Assembly (NCBI GenBank): GCA_037447605.1
Contig: CM074821.1
Coordinates: 1,302,001 to 1,366,000, forward strand
DNA length: 64,000 bases
Direction: 5' to 3'
Origin: Zygnema circumcarinatum SAG 698-1b
Lineage: Eukaryota > Plantae > Zygnematophyceae
The notes beneath the pieces are model-generated. The model was not told where the DNA came from, did no database searches, and was given only the letters and a program-made list of their open reading frames with translations. Below are positions 61,618-64,000 of the stretch, piece by piece; the first letter of the stretch is position 1; each line of letters begins with the position of its first letter. The position numbers and the translations under genes were made by a program.

Positions 61618-63322
61618 TGGACGTGTCGGCGCAGTTGGATTCCGAGAAGCCGCCAGCTGTCGACCTCTCGAGCTGTCCACGTGGCAGCCGCAGGGGCAGC
61701 GCCTTCCGCCATTTTGGGGGTCGCCTGCCGAGTCCGAACAGTCCTCTCGACAGCGACAAAATCGACCCCTTCATCTCCCCCTCCTCCAATAGAGTTCGCG
61801 TCTTCAAATCCCTCTTCTCTGAAGTGACTTGAGTTCAGTAGGAAACTTCAAAATCTCAAAACCCCAATTCTCAAAACCCCAAATTCTCAAAACCCCAAAA
61901 TCTAAAAAACCAGCCGTCCTCGGTCTCCCCACGGATTTCTTCTCGGAGGAAAAAACAAAAATCGCTTCCACCTTTTTCCAGAAGTCCATGGGTTTATCCG
62001 AGGGTTCAGGAGCTGCTAGAAATCGGAACGGAGTCGGAAACCACGAGCAGCAGCAAAATTTTGCTTTTTTTCTCCTTCGCTTTTATTTTCTTTTTGCACC
62101 TGTGTATACGTGTCTCGGTACCGGTGAATTCGAAAAATGGGCTTTTACATGTTAGGGTTTAGGGTTTAGTGTACATTCTTAGCAGTATAGGGAGGGAGGC
62201 CTTTAAGAGTTTTGCAGGAGCAGCTCCTGTTTTCGTCATCTGAGGCGGCGGTAATTTTAAAAAAAGGCCCTTTTTTTGTGTAGAATTAGAAGGGATTAGG
62301 ACTTAGGGTTCAGGATCTGTATATAAGCTGTACGGGAAGGGGAGGCGGGAAGTTGCAGTTCAGCATGTAACATAGGAAAGGGCACTTTTTTGGATGCTTT
62401 ATGTGTAGTTAAGCAAAACCGGTGTAACAGAAACAGAAATTTCTCCATAGAAAATGAGCCTATACCATTTTGGTTTTTGTAACTTTCTTTTGTAGTTATG
62501 TTTTTTCTTGTCTCCTTTCTGTTGCTGGTGAATCCTTTCATGTAATTGGGGTTTTGTAGCACCCTACCTCTCTCCCTCTCTCTCTCCCTCCCTGTCTCTC
62601 TCTCTCTCACACTCTTTCCCTCGTCTCTCTTCCTCACTCTCTCCCTCTCTCCCTCCCTCCCTCTCCCTCTCTCTCGCTCCCTCCCTCTCTCTCACACTCT
62701 TTCCCTCGTCTCTCTTCCTCACTCTCTCCCTCTCTATCCCTCCCTCTCTCCCTCTCTCCCCGCCGAACTTTTCACCACCAAACGAAAAAGTTACCAAAAA
62801 TCAAATCATTGCGTTATTGAAAAAAAATTGATATCTGTAAATATGAAAGAGAAAAGGAACGTGAAAAAATGAAACAAAAAAAAAGAATAATCTTTCCTAG
62901 GGGCAAAAAAAAAAAATGTTCTTGGATGCAACAAGCTTGTTACCCCTTCTCACAGAACTGAAACTGAGACCAATTTTGTTCCGCGTTCCATGTTCGCTGA
63001 CTCCGTAAAAAAATGGTCTACCACTTGCTTATAACCGTATATACAAAATGTCTCAAGTTCTAAGGGGGTCTAATCTCGCAAATTCTTTTTCAAAAACCCT
63101 ATATGCCGTCTTTCATTCTTGGCCCTACAAAATCTTCAAACCTCTGACCCCTAAAGCCCTAAACCTCCAGCCCAATAAAAATAAAAAATCATCCCTCCCC
63201 AAGTGAGACACCACCCAGTCCCAAAACCTTCCCTTCTTCTAAATTACACAAAAAAAAAAAAACCCCCCTGAAATAATCACAAAACTGTTCCCCTCCCTTT
63301 TCCAAATTTCCATGTTTCCCGC

Positions 63323-63961
63323 CTACATTTGCGCCCCCTCGACCAGAACCTCTTCTGCCACGTCAGCATGCCCGAACCGACCAATCGGCGTCCCGCATTT
63401 CGCCCCCAAAACCTCCTCTCTCATTTCCGTAATCGGAATCGGCCACCCCCCAAATTCCGAACTTCTCGTAAAAACTTCCGCCCTCAAAAAATTCAACGAG
63501 CACGACCCCTCCCCCGCGGACATTCCCCTGCTTCCAGAAGCCTCTAGAAGCTTCCCAGAACCTTCCTCCTCCCCGGTAGGAACTTCCTGCCCGGCCTCGT
63601 CCTCTTCCGGAGCAGCGACCGAGTCCGGGACGATGAGGGGCTCGAGGGGGGGGGGGAGGGCCTTCCGTGGGCGGGCACTGAACGCAGTTGCGGCCGCAGT
63701 TTGCAGTTCCGTTGAACTGTTCGCCGCGGAGCTCTTCCATGCTGCAGTTACGGCGTTCCGTTGGGCGCCGTCGCACGAGCCGCCAGGTGGCAGCGCGGGA
63801 TTGGACGCGGAGACCGTGCGGCGGAGGTCCTCGCAGGGGATGGGCGCCACGTCAGCAGGGGTGGCGGAGAAGGAGACGGTTCTGCGTGGTTTCATGCTGA
63901 CGTCAGCTGACACGTCCGGCGAAGGTATTCTGCACTCCTTCGCAATGCAGGACTTCGCCAT
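63323..63961 (-). CDS. Hypothetical 212-aa Ser/Ala/Pro-rich protein (or first exon of a longer gene)
   Basis: GC-rich, non-repetitive ORF with a strong start context (gaagccATGG) after a (GA)n leader. No family recognised. A possible donor (AT|GTAGG) lies near 63327. Confidence 0.55.
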   Translation of the reverse strand: MAKSCIAKECRIPSPDVSADVSMKPRRTVSFSATPADVAPIPCEDLRRTVSASNPALPPGGSCDGAQRNAVTAAWKSSAANSSTELQTAAATAFSARPRKALPPPLEPLIVPDSVAAPEEDEAGQEVPTGEEEGSGKLLEASGSRGMSAGEGSCSLNFLRAEVFTRSSEFGGWPIPITEMREEVLGAKCGTPIGRFGHADVAEEVLVEGAQM

Positions 63962-64000
63962 GGCTTCTCTCTCTCTCTTCCTCTCTCTCTCTCTCTCGCT

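Noticed and set aside
63323-63420. GRFGHADV as the start of a PP2C catalytic domain
   Set aside because: The expected GRR..MED continuation and downstream DGHGG exons were not found.

Overview
Eukaryotic, intron-rich nuclear DNA of a green plant. Plant-type gene families, GT-AG introns full of (CT)n/(GA)n tracts and degenerate TTAGGG/TTTAGGG arrays fit a streptophyte alga or another non-seed plant; the lineage is an inference. Most long ORFs in the supplied track are microsatellite artefacts, so I rebuilt spliced genes by hand. Genes: SUB1-like/O-fucosyltransferase-like (5'-partial, +), PAP-specific phosphatase of the inositol-monophosphatase family (+), a 13.5-kb LRR-VIII-1-like receptor kinase with a non-RD (HQD) catalytic loop (+), an unrecognised secreted Cys-rich protein with VWC/pacifastin-like motifs (+), COQ4 (-), a DG1/EMB2279-like PPR protein (-), a GT14/GlcAT14-like glycosyltransferase (+), an intronless CDPK-related kinase without EF-hands (+), MPP6 (-), a spliced PEPKR-like kinase (+) and an unknown 212-aa ORF (-). 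There is also an orphan extended-PHD exon on the minus strand. Mobile DNA includes a 968-bp foldback element with an 8-bp TSD whose empty site is present in the same window, and a hAT element nested inside another hAT element 278 bp upstream of COQ4. Seven 10-N gaps and one apparently error-rich stretch (about 24.3-25.7 kb) limit some gene models. I found no rRNA, tRNA or CRISPR array. Family assignments come from recalled motif similarity, not database searches.
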